Shown here: one piece after another, positions 17,666-31,479 of the stretch
Numbering within the stretch: the first letter of the stretch is position 1
Layout of the letters: each line of letters starts with the position of its first letter
NCBI RefSeq assembly: GCF_009914755.1
Contig: NC_060934.1
Length of the DNA: 64,000 nucleotides
Origin: the human T2T-CHM13v2.0 reference genome, Homo sapiens
Reading direction: 5' to 3' (one strand)
Notes under the pieces: generated by a model
Told to the model about the DNA's origin: nothing
What the model saw: the letters and a program-made list of their open reading frames with translations, nothing else
The model's database searches: none
Made by a program: the position numbers and the translations under genes

Positions 17666-18521
17666 TATATTATTTTACCACATCTAACAGCTTGTCACTG
17701 TATTATATAAATAAATTTGATTAAACTGAGGGGACATATTTCTCACAAAAAGGTGTTCATTTCTACCCAATACGTACATCTTCTAGGTGCTTAGAAATTG
17801 ATTTCCAATTCATAATAAAAAGTCCAGTAAAATTGTCAAATGAAAAGCTTTCATCAATTACTTTTCATTTTATAAACATGCTTTGAAAACACCTTGTTAA
17901 TTTTACAGAAAGTCATTAGGTTGCATAAATCACTTTTTGGGTATATTTACTAATGGAATAAAATAATTCCAATATATCATTTGCTTCTGAATGCCTCAGA
18001 GTTTCAGGAAGGTATTAATAAGGCCCCGCTTCCTGTATCTTAAACCAAACATTTAGTTTGATCATTGCTTTCTTGAGTCTTAGAAAAACAAATTATGAAA
18101 GTTATAATGGACTTCTTGGAACGGTAATGACATAAGGGCATGGTTACAAAACTGCTTTGTTTGATTTCCAACTTAAACTAAGAAAAGTTAGGCCTACTTT
18201 ATAAACTCCAAAGAGCAATTATTAGGTGCAATATTATTTAGACAATATTGAGAGTACACACTGAGTTGCTGGTTTAACTTAACCTCTCCAGTTAATGAAC
18301 ACAATATAGTTACAGGTTACACATGATTAAAAAAAAAAATCTAGATTCTCACCCCCACACCCTCCACACACACACATTTTTTTGGTTAGCTTTGAAAAAC
18401 ACAGAAAATACTCAGCATAGGGTCTACACTTGCACTGCTGATGAGCAAGATGGGAAATGACTTTTCAAAACAGCATCTTGTTATGTTTGACCTGTTCTCT
18501 TAATTAAGAGTGGTGTCATCG

Positions 18522-18819
18522 GGCCGGCGCAGTGGCTCATGCCTGTAATCCCACCACTTTGGGAGGCCGAGAGGTGGATCACCCGAGGTCAGGAGTTCAA
18601 GACCAACCTGGCCAACATGGTGAAACCCCGTCTCTAACAGAAATACAAAAAATTAGCTGGGTGTGGTGACGGGCACCTGTAATCCCAGCTACTCTGGAGG
18701 CTGAGGTAGGAGAATCACTTGAACTCAGGAGTCAGAGGTTTCAGTGAGCTGAGATCACACCACTGCACTCCAGCCTGAGCAGCAGAGTGAGACTCCATCT
18801 CAAAAAAAAAAAAAAAAAA
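18522..18819 (+). mobile_element. AluSx-like element, no visible TSD
   Basis: Dimeric Alu with A tail. Confidence 0.95.
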
Positions 18820-19520
18820 GGCAAAAAAGAAAATAAAATCACACAAAAACTGTGAGGGAATGGACATAGAAACAAGGATTGCCAGAGAGCCAAGAAAGAT
18901 TCAACATGCATAGGACTGCCGTCTCTGAAGGAAACAGTAGAACGAATGGAATAAAAAATCATTCAAAGACATCATTGAAATAACATTTGGGCAAGGAAGA
19001 AACGCAGGATCTGAAGAACAAAAGGAACCACTGTTCTAAAAGAAAAAGATGAAGAATGACACACTCTGAGATGTGGTCTTACAAAGTTATTGAACTTCAA
19101 TTTTTTTTAAGTATGCAAGCAATAAAAATGCATCACCAACAAAGGAAGAGGTAAAAAATAAAAAATAAAAATAAAAAAAACACTGACTTACAAATTTTAG
19201 CAGCTTTACATGCAAAAAAAACTGTGGAACATTGTCAACAGGATTTTGGAAGAAAAGAGATTTGAATTACATACTCAGTCAAACTGGCATTTAAATGTCC
19301 AGATGATAGGAAATGATCTCAAATGTACAAAGTCTGAGGAAGTATATCTCCCACATATCCAGGTAATGTTTTTAAAAAATCTACTTGTCACAATCTAGCC
19401 AATATACAGATTAATCCAAATAAAAACGACAGGAATGGGAAAGTCCCAGGATGAGAAATGGTAGAGGATTATTAAATTCAGTTGAACATAAAATTAAGGC
19501 CAAACAACTAATTGGTGTAA
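18820..19520 (+). mobile_element. Ancient L1M/HAL1 ORF1 remnant
   Basis: Degenerate ORF1-like segment (aaagattcaacatgcatagg...attcaaagacatcattgaaataac). Confidence 0.55.
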
Positions 19521-19781
19521 AACGGTATAATGTTTCTAATTCTTGAAAGAAACACTACATCATGTGGTGGGGGGGGCAGGTAATGAGGACAAAACCTTCA
19601 GAGAATACCACAGTATCTATCAGGATTCTGGGCATGAAACAACATCTTCAAAAAGACTTAAAGAACAGTCTATATAGCGGTGAACCTCCATGGGCTGGTA
19701 AGCACCCGTGTACAAACAGTAGTAGGAAAGTATAATATTTTTGTTAGATTGTATTGCTGGTCACCCACCTCTGCTTTTTCT

Positions 19782-20109
<328 letters not shown>

Positions 20110-20139
20110 CCACCTCTGCTTTTTCTAGAGGAGTCTTAT

Positions 20140-20392
20140 ACTTCCCTGCCCCACTTAAAGTTAAACTTGCCCATTTACCTGAATAAAATGTGAGCTGAAA
20201 TGTCATGAAACAGATGGGAAGAAGCTTCTGAAGCCCGTTTGTGCTTCTCCATCACGTAATCCCCAGCTAGACATCAGGAAGAAGCACCACAACCAACCCG
20301 TGGTGGATATGTACCACGAACAATAGTTGTAAGTCATTGATATTTGGGAGTAATTTTATAGCAGCAAATCTAACCTTTCCTCACTAGTATAC
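20140..20392 (+). mobile_element. Old MLT1 (I/J-like) LTR fragment
   Basis: 3' end ttgtaagtcattgatatttggg...atagcagcaaatctaacctttcctcactagtataca. Confidence 0.6.
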
Positions 20393-20399
20393 TACTCCT

Positions 20400-21030
20400 A
20401 AGCCTGAAGAGGAAAGGGAAGGGCAAAGTATTAGTAGAGTCTAATAAGGGATGGAATCATGGAAGAGGAGCCACAAAAGAGGAACTGAAGTCACAGAGTA
20501 CAGCACAGGCCACAGCCATGATGAAGCAGTGGGACGTGGGGCAATAAAACCCTGACTTCTCTTTCCTCCCACCATTTTACTTCCTGCTTGTGGCTCCCTT
20601 TCACCAAATCCGGCTGGAAGCAGAAGACTGAGGAGTGATGCATTCCATAGAATTCAGTGTCACAAGCCAGGTTTCCCATTATCAAATGCTACGACAGATT
20701 TTGGGTGCAAAATCTTTATTAGGAATCAACACCTGTGAAGAGAAGGGGGAAGAAGCAGGATTGGACAGAGAAAGATGTTGAACGTAATTATGCAGACAAT
20801 GAACTACAGAACCTCAGCCAGTCCACTGGGGAGCTCTGACGTAAGGATTATCTATAAAAATCTTCCACAGAAGGCCAAAATGCTCAGCCATGTGCCCATC
20901 ATGACAGCCCTGAAAAAGGCTGATGGCCAAAGATATTTGTTGTCAATTGGATGAGTCTCTTTGTCTACTTGTTTGTTTAGTTCTTCTGTGGTGAATGGTC
21001 TCTGGTGGGCGTTAACATGTGACACATACA
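20400..21030 (-). mobile_element. ERVL cluster: LTR33-like and LTR16-like pieces plus a pol RNase H fragment
   Basis: ORF 20852-21037 contains YVSHVNAHQR...ELNKQVDK, an ERVL RNase H C-terminal motif. Confidence 0.65.
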
Positions 21031-22378
21031 TACACACAAACTATATCTATATTTCCTCTTTTTACCTACAGAGAAAACATTATTTTTAAGCAGCCATCAC
21101 AAATTTTTAAATGTAATATTTTGTCCACAAAATAAACCTCAATAAATTCCTATATTAGAAATAGTACATAATAAACTGTCTGACAATGATGCATTAAAGT
21201 TAGGAATGCAAACCATATATATAAAGAAACAATACAACAGCTGTTGCAAATTTTTTAATTTACTGGAACAACTCTTTAGCCAAAAAGTAAATCTAAATGA
21301 AAATTTCTAGAAAAATAATAATCTACAAATTAATTGCCAAACCTATGACACATAACCAGAGCTGTACTCAGGTCCTTAAAATTGTTTTAATGTGAAACAA
21401 TAAAAAAAGAATAAAGCATTTACTCAAGAGTTTATTTAAAAAATTAACAGCAAAGAAATCAGAAGAAAGTCATTAACGATCACAGTAGAAATAAATGAAT
21501 TTTTTAAATAAATGAATATTTTAAAGAAAAGTGGTAGAACTCATAAATTCAAGAATTGCTTCTTCTAAAAAAAAAACTGGTAAAATACTAGCTAGCCTAA
21601 ATTTTAAAAAGAAAATTAAAGGATAAGCACCAATACAAAAAAATACGTAAATTAGAAAGCAGCAATGGCCATAGATCACCGCAGAGAAATGTGGTTGAAG
21701 GAGAAGTAAAAATTATCAAAATAGACACTAGATTATATTGAAAGCCTAAATCAACCAATACCTATGGAAGAAAAACTGAAAACAAAGAAGTCTTCAGAGG
21801 GGAATTTTTAAAGCTTCAAATAATTGATAATTGACCCGTATTTAACAAGGCTAGATAAAGTAGAAAAGCTGTTCACATTTTTTATAAATGAAAAATAATG
21901 ATTCAAATCCTGTCAAAAGTACGCTAAAAGGGAAAATTACAATCAATTCACTTCTGAATATTGGTACAAATGACCTAAATAAAATGTTGGCAAGTAGAAT
22001 TCAGCAACACTTTAAAAGAATAACACGTCATGATCAAGTGGAGTTATTGCAGGACAGCAAGGATGGCTCATTGACATAAGTCACCACTTAGTAGACAAGA
22101 AGAAAAAACTGTTACAATTTTGATATCTTCTTGATAAACACTAAAAAAGACTTGATACAATTTAATATTCTCACACATTACTGATAGGGGCTTTTACTAA
22201 AATACGAATATAAGAATATTTAACATTTTTATAGTATACATTCCCCAAATCAAAAGCAAAAATATGAAATACTAGAAGCATTCCCATTAAAAATGATGCT
22301 AAGACAAGGTCCTACATTATTTAACATTTACGTGACTGGCTTTTGCTAGTCAATGTAATAAGAGAATGAAACAGGCAG

Positions 22379-22746
22379 TGTATTAGTGTGCTCAGATTGC
22401 CGTAGCCAAGCACCACAGGCTAGATGATGGAAACAATAGAAATTTGTTTCCTCACAGTTCTGGAGTCTGGAAGCCCAAGACCAGGGGCCAGCATGCTTAG
22501 CTTTTGGTAAGGGGTCTCTTTTAGGTTTGCAGATGGCCACCTTCTCACTGGGTCCTCACAGGGCATAGAGGAAGAGCTAGCTCTCTAGTGTCTCTTTTAA
22601 TAAGGACACTAATTCTATCAGATCCAGGACCCCACCCTTAGGACTCATTTAATCTTGATTACTTCCTTACACTAAATGCAGTAACATTGGAGGTTAAGGC
22701 TTCAACATATAAATTGAGGCTGGAGGGAACACAACCGATCATGGCA
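22379..22746 (-). mobile_element. MaLR solo LTR (MLT1B-like)
   Basis: tgtattagt ... catggca termini; typical body. Confidence 0.8.
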
Positions 22747-23710
22747 AAAAGTATTAATACTGGAAAGAAGGTAAAATTATGATGACTTTTAAACTGTATA
22801 ACTATCTGAAAAAGCCCAGAGAATCGGTTGAAAATTCTGTGCAAAAAAGTAGCATTCAGTATGCTGGCTTTAAAAACCAAAACACAAAAGTCAGTAGCAT
22901 TTTTATGTTTAAGCAATATAATTAGAAAATATAGCAGAATAAAAAGTCCATTCACAAAAGTAAGAAAAGTTTTAGATAGCTATGAAAATCCCAAAAGAAT
23001 GACCCAAATGATCAAACTATATACTTTCCTGAAAAAAATAAAGGAAGACTTTAACAAAAGAAGCATACTTTCTTCATTGATAGAAATACTCAATATTGTA
23101 CAAATTCAAGCCCTTTCTTAATGTTTAAATCCAATGTGATGCCAATCAAAACCCTAACAAAATTTGTGACTGGAGTATCTCCATTCAGGATATGTAGACT
23201 GAGAATAGAGAATATTGCAAAATTATTCTTTCATCTGGAGAAATAAACATGATGTAATAAAGAAAAACTGACTATACCATATACAATGATACAGGATATG
23301 GAAAAGACCAACAGATCATTGTAGCACAATAAAGAGTTTAGAAATAGCTGTGAGCCTTTTCTTTATCTTAATATCTGATAAACATGGCATTCAAATTAAT
23401 GATTGAAATATGGAAAATGGGAAAACACTCCCATATCTAAAACTTAGATACCAGAAGTAGATTTTATATGAGTGAACATTCATAATTTGTTTATAGTTTT
23501 AGATGGGAAGGCCTTTGAAAATGTCTCATCAGCCACAAAGGAAAAGATGGATAATTGTAAAACATCAAAATTATATTTTTAATTGAATCAGGCACCAAAA
23601 ACAAGCTTGAACTTTTTTAAAAAAGAAATATTATTTGTAACACATGTTAAAGGGTTAATATCTTCAGCATCTCATACATCAATAAGAGAAAGGAAAACAC
23701 CACAACAGTA

Positions 23711-23851
23711 GGGGGGAGGGATAGCATTAGGAGATATACCTAATGTAAATGACGAGTTAACAGGTGCAGCACACCAACATGGCACATGTATACATATGTA
23801 ACAAACCTGCATGTTGTGCACATATACCCTAGAACTTAAAGTATAATAAAA
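23711..23851 (+). mobile_element. L1PA (PA4-like) 3' tip, duplicate copy
   Basis: ggggggagggatagcattaggagatatacctaatgtaaatgacgag...taaagtataataaaa. Confidence 0.95.
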
Positions 23852-23967
23852 CAGGTTCATCTTACCGAATATCTTTTTCTTATATTAGTGGACATTTTCT
23901 TTCTTCTTTTAGGAAATGCCTGTTGATGTTGTTTATTTTACTGTTGTAGTGTTTTCCTTTCTCTTAC

Positions 23968-24800
23968 TGGCGATCATTAAAAAGTCAGGAAACAACAGGT
24001 GCTGGAGAGGATGTGGAGAAATAGGAACGCTTTTACACTGTTGGTGGGACTGTAAACTAGTTCAACCATTGTGGAAGACAGTGTGGCAATTCCTCATGGA
24101 TCTAGAACCAGAAATACCATTTTACCCAGCCATCCCATTACTGGGTACATACCCAAAGGATTATAAATCATGCTGCTATAAAGACACATGCACACATACG
24201 TTTACTGCAGCACTATTCACAGTAGCAAAAACTTGGAACCAACCCAAATGTCCATCAATGATAGACTGGATTAAGAAAATGTGGCGCATATACACCAAGG
24301 AATACTATGCAGCCATAAAAAAGGATGAGTTCATTTCCTTTTCAGGTACATGGATGAAGCTAGAAACCATCATTCTGAGCAAACTATCAGAAGGACAGAA
24401 AACCAAACACCACATGTTCTCACTCATAGGTGGGAACTGAACAATGAGAACACTTGGACATAGGGTGGGGAACATCACACAGTGGGGCCTGTTGTGGGGT
24501 AGGGGGAGGGGGGAGGGATAGCATTAGGAGATATACCTAATGTACATGATGAGTTAATGGGTGCAGCACACCAACATGGCACATGTATACATATGTAACA
24601 AACCTGCACATTGTGAACATGTACCTTAGAACTTAAAGTATAATAAAAAATAAAATAAATAAAAAATAAAAATATACTTCTGCATGTATTGACATGGGTA
24701 GATATCTACAATGTCGAGTGGATGAAGTGAGTCATGAAACACTATGGATAATGTGGTTAGTTTTTATAAAAATAAACACTTATACCAAGAAAAAAAAAGA
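23968..24800 (+). mobile_element. 5'-truncated L1PA4-like element (23968-24672) with probable 3' transduction (24673-24786) and second A tail
   Basis: ORF2 C-terminus [14 protein letters not shown]...MFSLIGGN, 3' UTR, A-rich tail, extra 114 nt with AATAAA 24771-24776, then A tail and TSD. Confidence 0.92.
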
Positions 24801-25633
24801 AAGAAAAAGATATTCAGTCTTGCTAATGACAAAAGGGATACAAACAAGATAATATGACACTGTTCCTCCTTTATCAGATCAGCAACTTTGTATGTGATCC
24901 CTGTGTGAGAGAAACTCTCATACTGTTTGTGGAATCTTAAATTGGGATTCCACTACAGTGCGATTTTTTAAAATCTATCAAAATTTTAGGCAGGCATACC
25001 CCTTGACATAGCAATTTTAATTTCAAAGATTTGTTCCAAGAAGTTAATTCAATATGTGTAACAATATGTCCATGAAGATTTCTGCTCTAGTGTTATTTAT
25101 TACAATCACGAAAATTTGGAAAATAGTGTTTCTCAATAAGAAATCGATTAAGTACACATTTGTACATACATCCAATATAAGGCTACGTACCAATTAAAAA
25201 TTATAAACTTGTGCATATTCACAGGATATTGACATAACAAAATTACAAAATACCTGTATCATACTATCTTATTTATTAAAATAAATACATATATAATATT
25301 AAGTGTCACAATATAAAAATGTGGGCTATATTTTTACTTGATTACAGAGCAAACTATCTGGAAAAAATATTTATCTAATTATTTACAATGGGACGTGGAG
25401 TGATTTTTAGTTTTTTTTTAAATATTTTTACTACTTGTATTGCTTGAACTCTTTTACAATGATTCTGTTTATTTTTATGAATAAAAAGCAATAAAATCCC
25501 TTTATCTGGTGGGGAAAATATTGTAAGAGGGGTTACTTTGTGCGTTCATAATAGTTAGAAAATATTATTATTCATGGAATCATATATGATGGCCCAGAAC
25601 TGGATGACCTCCTTTTTACTCCTACAGCCTTCA

Positions 25634-26007
<374 letters not shown>

Positions 26008-26910
26008 CTATTAGATTATAAACTTCTTGAAGGCAGGATTATTTCTTATATTTTAGACTCCCATAGATCTTAACACAGGGAAGTACTCAGTAAATATTTA
26101 TTGAATTGAACCAATTATACTTCTACAACCAACAAAAAAAAATCATAATCTCTATACCTACACTAATAAAACTGGAATTTTCAATTATCTTAAAATTTCA
26201 AATTTATCTAGTTACAAAGAGAAAGATGTATAAATTGTTCATTTCATAAATCTCAAGAATAGTTTTACATTAATAAGATTTTCACTGATAGAATATTGAA
26301 GAAAGATTTGAATTGTTTTAAGTTAATTAAAATGCATCTGAAAGAGCTCTAGAGTTCAAAGAATGTATAATCAAACCCCTTATACACAGAATTTCTCTCC
26401 TGTAAAAGAAGAAAAAACTAGAAATGTCTGTTTTCATCCATAACTCTCTTCAAATAGCAGAAACTTGGTTAAGAAAAAAGCAAAGATTTTTGCATGTTTC
26501 TGGGATAAAAGAAAAGCAGAAATATTTTCCTGATAATTGTCATTCTATTCCTTTTCTGTATTTTCTGTAGCATGTATTTACATTGATTGGGAACATTTTA
26601 TAATTTTGCAAATTATCGGCATGACTCAATAAAAAATAAACCAAAATAATTTTGAACACCTAACTGGTAATATTTTTAAATGTTCCTTGAGCTGGAACAA
26701 TTAGATGTTTGAATTACTTACTCTGAATGCTAATGTATGAATACTTTTCTCCTGTTCCACATTCATCCCTCTATATATAAACTATTTAAGTCACAGTATA
26801 ATTATGGAATATGTTAGTAGAAGGAAGGCAAAGTGTTTTATCAATGCCTGTAAGCATCATTTACATTAGCATCTGTTACAGAATTGGTTTTAAATTTTAT
26901 TTCTAGACGC

Positions 26911-27132
26911 TTAAAACCTGTGGGTTACACACATCAGTATTTTTAGATATAATTTCAAAGGACTAAACCCATTTTTGAACCTTTGTTTCAACATGCTTTT
27001 GAAAGCATACAAAGACATGGGTGTTTTATCTTTCTGATTTTTTGTATCTTTCTTTCTGATTTCTTTAGCTTCTTTTAGATCTGTAAGTCTTCTTGTGCAT
27101 TGTTGGTTTTTCTATTTTTTTGTTTGTTTTCC
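26911..27132 (-). pseudogene. Candidate last coding exon (GKQTKK*KNQQCTRRLTDLKEAKEIRKKDTKNQKDKTPMSLYAFKSMLKQRFKNGFSPLKLYLKILMCVTHRF*)
   Basis: 92-nt intron with ACTAAC branch motif and tttatatatttaag|GGA acceptor; 74 codons with one internal TAG; AATAAA about 10 nt after the stop. Confidence 0.55.
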
Positions 27133-27224
27133 CTTAAATATATAAAGTTAGTTCTTACCTATGTTTATGTACAAGGCCTTTAACACTTGACATGTCAGTT
27201 CTGCGACATTTGGTAATAAAATAC

Positions 27225-27383
27225 CTTTCCTGAAGTATGGAATTGTGGAGACAGAGCTGCCAGCATTACAGTTGGCCTGTCAGTCTTTGCAAAGCAGCAC
27301 CAAATATCACCCAGCCCCTGCAGATCTCTGGGCAAAAACATATCAATCCTCATAAGTGAATTCAATAGAATTCTTCTTGACAA
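27225..27383 (-). pseudogene. Candidate exon (LSRRILLNSLMRIDMFLPRDLQGLGDIWCCFAKTDRPTVMLAALSPQFHTSGK)
   Basis: ttattatttctttgtag|TTG ... AAG|gtattt; 159 nt, phase 0-0, fully open; more GC-rich than its flanks. Confidence 0.6.
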
Positions 27384-27869
27384 CTACAAAGAAATAATAA
27401 TTTGTATTATCTCTTCACATTTATATCTTCCTTAAAAGTGAAAAATGTATTGAACCCTTGAGATTAAGAGGAATTACTAGTTTTTAAAATACACATATAT
27501 AAGCAATTTGTTTCAATTAATATTAAATAGATCCCAAAGGATTACTTCAGAATTTGAATTTTCAGAAATTTTGACCAAGCTAAGCTTCTGCCAGCACAAC
27601 CAGAAGGAGACTAGCGAGATGGAGCTTATCCATCCACGAGCCACCTTTGAGTCAACACAACTGGCAGCAGTGTAGGGGACTACTATAGCCAGAGCCAAGA
27701 TTCCTAAGCCTTTCCTTCTTCCTCCTTTCTTCATCCCATTTCTATTCTCCTTCTTGAAGTCATGGCTGGGGCACTGGAGAGAGGGGAATGCCAGCGCATG
27801 TCTACAGTCAAGATTTTCATAGCACAGCTTTGAAATATGGTTACATGTGGGGGGAACTGGGCAAAAAAG

Positions 27870-30165
27870 TAAATATATCAAAAAAGTGAGCTTTGTGACT
27901 GTAGAAGGGAGTTATATTTGTGGTAAGGGGGAAGACTAGAATAAACCATGTGGTGTTACACATATCAGTGTGAACTAAGGGTTTTAAGACAAATAGATAA
28001 GTATAAGACATAATATAATATTTTTTCTAACTTTGACTTCTAAGAGGGCCAGAACAATACCTCATTAACAATGAGCAAACTTAAGGATTATGATTCACTT
28101 TGAGATTCTGATTACTATAATCTATGATTGTACATGATGGACTATTTCATTTTCTAGTAATTGTTGTTGTGCTTTCATTGAATTATAAACCCAGTTTAAG
28201 ACATTTCTACAATGAAGACAGACAAATAGCCAACAGGTATATGGGAAAAAAAAATGCTCAATGTCACCAATCATCAGGGAAATGCAAATTAAAACCACAA
28301 TGAGATAAACACCTCACACTCGTCAGGATGGCTATTATCAAAAACAAACAAAAGACAAGGTGAAGATGTGGAGAAATTGGTACCCTTGTACACTGTTGGT
28401 GGGAATGCAAAATTTCCAGCCACTGTGGAAAACAGTATGGAGGTTCCTCAGAAATTAAAAATATAACTGCCATATATGATCCAGCAATCCCACTTCTTAG
28501 TATTTATCAAAAAGAATTTAAATCAAGATCCCAAAGAGATTTTAGCACTCCTGTGTTCACCACAGCACTATTCCCAATAGCCAAGATGTGGAAAACCCTA
28601 AATGCCCATCAACAGATAATGGATTTTAGAATGTGGTGTATACATACAATGGAATATTACTCAGCCTTTAAAAAGAAGGCAATTGTGCAATATGGACAGC
28701 ATGGATAAACCTTGAGGACATCGTGCTAAGTGAAATAAGTCAGTTACAGAAAGGCAAATTCTGTATGATTTCACTTATATCAGTTATCTAAAATAGAGGC
28801 CAGCGGGGAGAGGAAAATGGGGAGTTACTGATCAATGGACATAGGGTTTCAGTCAAGTAAAATGAATAAGCTCTAGAGATCTCCTGCGCAACATTGTACC
28901 TACACTCAATAATGATGTATTGTAGACTTAAAAATTTGTTAAGATGATAGATCTCATGTTGCGTTCTCACCACTAAAAGTAAAATATGCCACCCAAAACA
29001 AAACAATGAGCACTCTTAGCACCCAGCTCTTGGTTTCTAAATACCATTGTCCAATAAAAAAAAAAAAAACTAGAGCTTCTTAAGAAATGCCTGACTTTGG
29101 GTTTGGGAAAGGAAAAAATTAGATGGGGCTGGAATATGTTATCATGACAAAAAGTAAAGAAGAATGATGGGATCTTGCCCAAAAGACACAGATCCAGCTT
29201 GAAGGGACTCCTCCTAGCCAATGTGAACATCCAAGTAAATTATGATAGGAACAAATTGTAACTATTTGAGCAAAATACATATCCATAAAGCACTACAGTT
29301 ATGAATAGGTAAATGAAAAAAATAGATATATGAAGAGGAAGGAAAATACATCAGTAGAATGACAACTAATAAATCCACAAGAAACAATAGAGTTTGAATA
29401 TTGTCATTTAGTAACCATCCCAATAATTGATTTAGGAATGAATGATCAAAGAGTGCTGAACTTGGTAGGTGTAAGTTTGGTAAGGAATCAAATATTTAAA
29501 GCGTGCCAATGTATCTTCCCATAAAATTATTATTAATTGTTTATTAAGTAATAAATATAATGTACTGAATAATTAATTTCACAGTTGAGAAACTTGGCAG
29601 ATATCATTTGATCTAAGTAATAAACATTCATAATACAAGTAATAGTGCAAATTATTATTGTTTCCTCCTCATATACTGCATTAAGGAAAACAACATGAAT
29701 TCTGTGATATTACTGTCAAAAATGCATAAATCATTAAGAAACGTCAGACAGCCCCAAAAAGGGAGATTCTAAAAGGTAACTGTTGTAGGCTCTTTAAAAA
29801 TGTCAAGGTCAAGAAAAATAAGGAAAGGCTGAGGAACTCTTGTAAATCGAAAGAGACTAAAGGAATATTTAAATAAAACATATGCTCCTAAATTGGATAT
29901 TGGACTTATAAATAACATTCTTGGGATAATTGGCAAATTTTATTGGAGTAGAGGGATCGATCATATGGCAATACTAGATCAAAGTTAATTTTAATAGCTG
30001 TTTTCTGGTTATGTAGGAGAGTGTCATTGTACTTAAGAAATGCACATTGAAGTATGACAAGGGATGCAGCATTAGTCTGCAATTTATTTTCAATAGTTAT
30101 ATGGGAGCACTATGTATTATTTCTCTAACTATATGTAAATTTGAAGTTATTTCCAAAAAAAACTA
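27870..30165 (+). mobile_element. L1MC-type 3' UTR interrupted by an L1MB-type 3' fragment (about 28199-29001)
   Basis: L1 ORF2 end and 3' UTR motifs; probable TSD aacaatgagca at 28067 and 29002. Confidence 0.75.
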
Positions 30166-30245
30166 AAACAAACAGAATTCCCGAGGTCATGAGAATTCTA
30201 GGAATGGTCATCTGAGCTATCAGGAGAAGCTGCTTCCACACATAC

Positions 30246-30313
30246 TGGCTCTTGTTTTCGTTGGGTTTTGTTACATAATCCTCTGAGGAGGCATGGTTCT
30301 TTCAGTCCTTCAC
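30246..30313 (-). pseudogene. Candidate exon (EGLKEPCLLRGLCNKTQRKQEP)
   Basis: gtttcatcttcag|GTG ... CCA|gtatgt; 68 nt, phase 1 to 0; open. Confidence 0.55.
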
Positions 30314-30613
30314 CTGAAGATGAAACCCACATAAAATCCAGGATCTTCCTTTTATCTCCCTTGCATTGTAGAAGTTTTCAGTATTTACCAAATCTCATAT
30401 TTCACCTTCTCATTTTTTTTTGTATTAAGATTAATACAGCAGTTGCCCCTCAAAATACTTCTAAGGAGTCAAACTTGGAAATTAAACAGATTTTTGCAGC
30501 AAAATTTTGATTAGTGCTTAATGGAGCATTTTGCTTAACTAAATTTGCTTTTGACGTGATATTTTATGAAAAATCTGTTGGCACAATTTTCTGACTGGAA
30601 AAACATTAAAAAT

Positions 30614-30692
30614 GGAAGGGAGGGAGGGAGGAAGGGAGGGAGGACAGAGGGAGGAAGGGAAGGAGGGAGGGAGGGAGGGAAGGGGGGGAAAG
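30614..30692. repeat. Purine-rich (GGGA/GGAA)n tract
   Basis: Direct. Confidence 0.92.
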
Positions 30693-31479
30693 TTTCTTTT
30701 TTAAAGGGAGATCTTTTAGTACCTCAAAGTCATATAAAATCCAGCAGAAATTGCTTCACCCTTAATATAGATGCCAGAAGTTACATTATTTTGAGTGATT
30801 GATATCAAGCCATTTGATTACAATTTACCTGTTCTAAAATTTCTAAACAATGAAGAATCTCATAATTAAAATGTTCTGATTAACTAGATTCCAGATTTTA
30901 AAGCAAAAGAATTTTGAATATATACGGTTCTATTGTTTGTCAGACTGTATAAAATTTGCCAGTTTTATATAACAATATTTAAAAGTAATTTTATTATGTG
31001 AAAGCAGATTACCCAAGTCTTTCTTTAAATCTACTTTTTGAATTCTTTATTGGCATAAAGATCTGTATGAGCTGAAAGAAAAGATATTTAAATTAATACA
31101 GTCTGCCTGGATTCCCCAGGGGAGTGATGAACTAGCATTTTAATTACTAACAAATTTAATTATTCAATCCAGGTGTGAACCATCAAAAATTTAGAGAACT
31201 CCTTTGCTTTAAGCAAGTACTTTTCATTTCTAGGAAAATATGATGCCATCAATGTCTAATCTAGAATGCAGGTTCAAAAAGCTGTCAGATTTGTAATGTG
31301 GTTACATTATTTTGTTTCAATTGTAAATTCCCAGAACATTAAATCTATCAATAGTTGACTGTAAAGACAACTACCACCCAAAAGTTAAGCCCTGCTGATA
31401 TAGCCCACTTTAACTTTTTACCAGTCTTGGAATTACCTAAATCCTTTTGGCACAACTGAAAAATGAAAAGTTTCCTTAC

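Larger units (their letters stand above)
21070..25510 (+). mobile_element. Ancient L1ME-type element (ORF2 to 3' UTR), host to MLT1B and L1PA insertions
   Basis: ORF 21888 has LNKMLASRIQQHFKRITRHDQV (L1 RT motif); 3' UTR ends near aataaaaagcaataaaa. Confidence 0.8.

Noticed and set aside
27225-27383. Alternative phase-1 reading VKKNSIEFTYED*YVFAQRSAGAG*YLVLLCKD*... with a vague beta-trefoil/IL-1-like look
   Set aside because: It needs three stops, while the phase-0 frame is open and fits both neighbours; the resemblance is too weak for a family call.
30614-30692. G-quadruplex/triplex-prone purine tract as a special element
   Set aside because: Common simple repeat with no further evidence.
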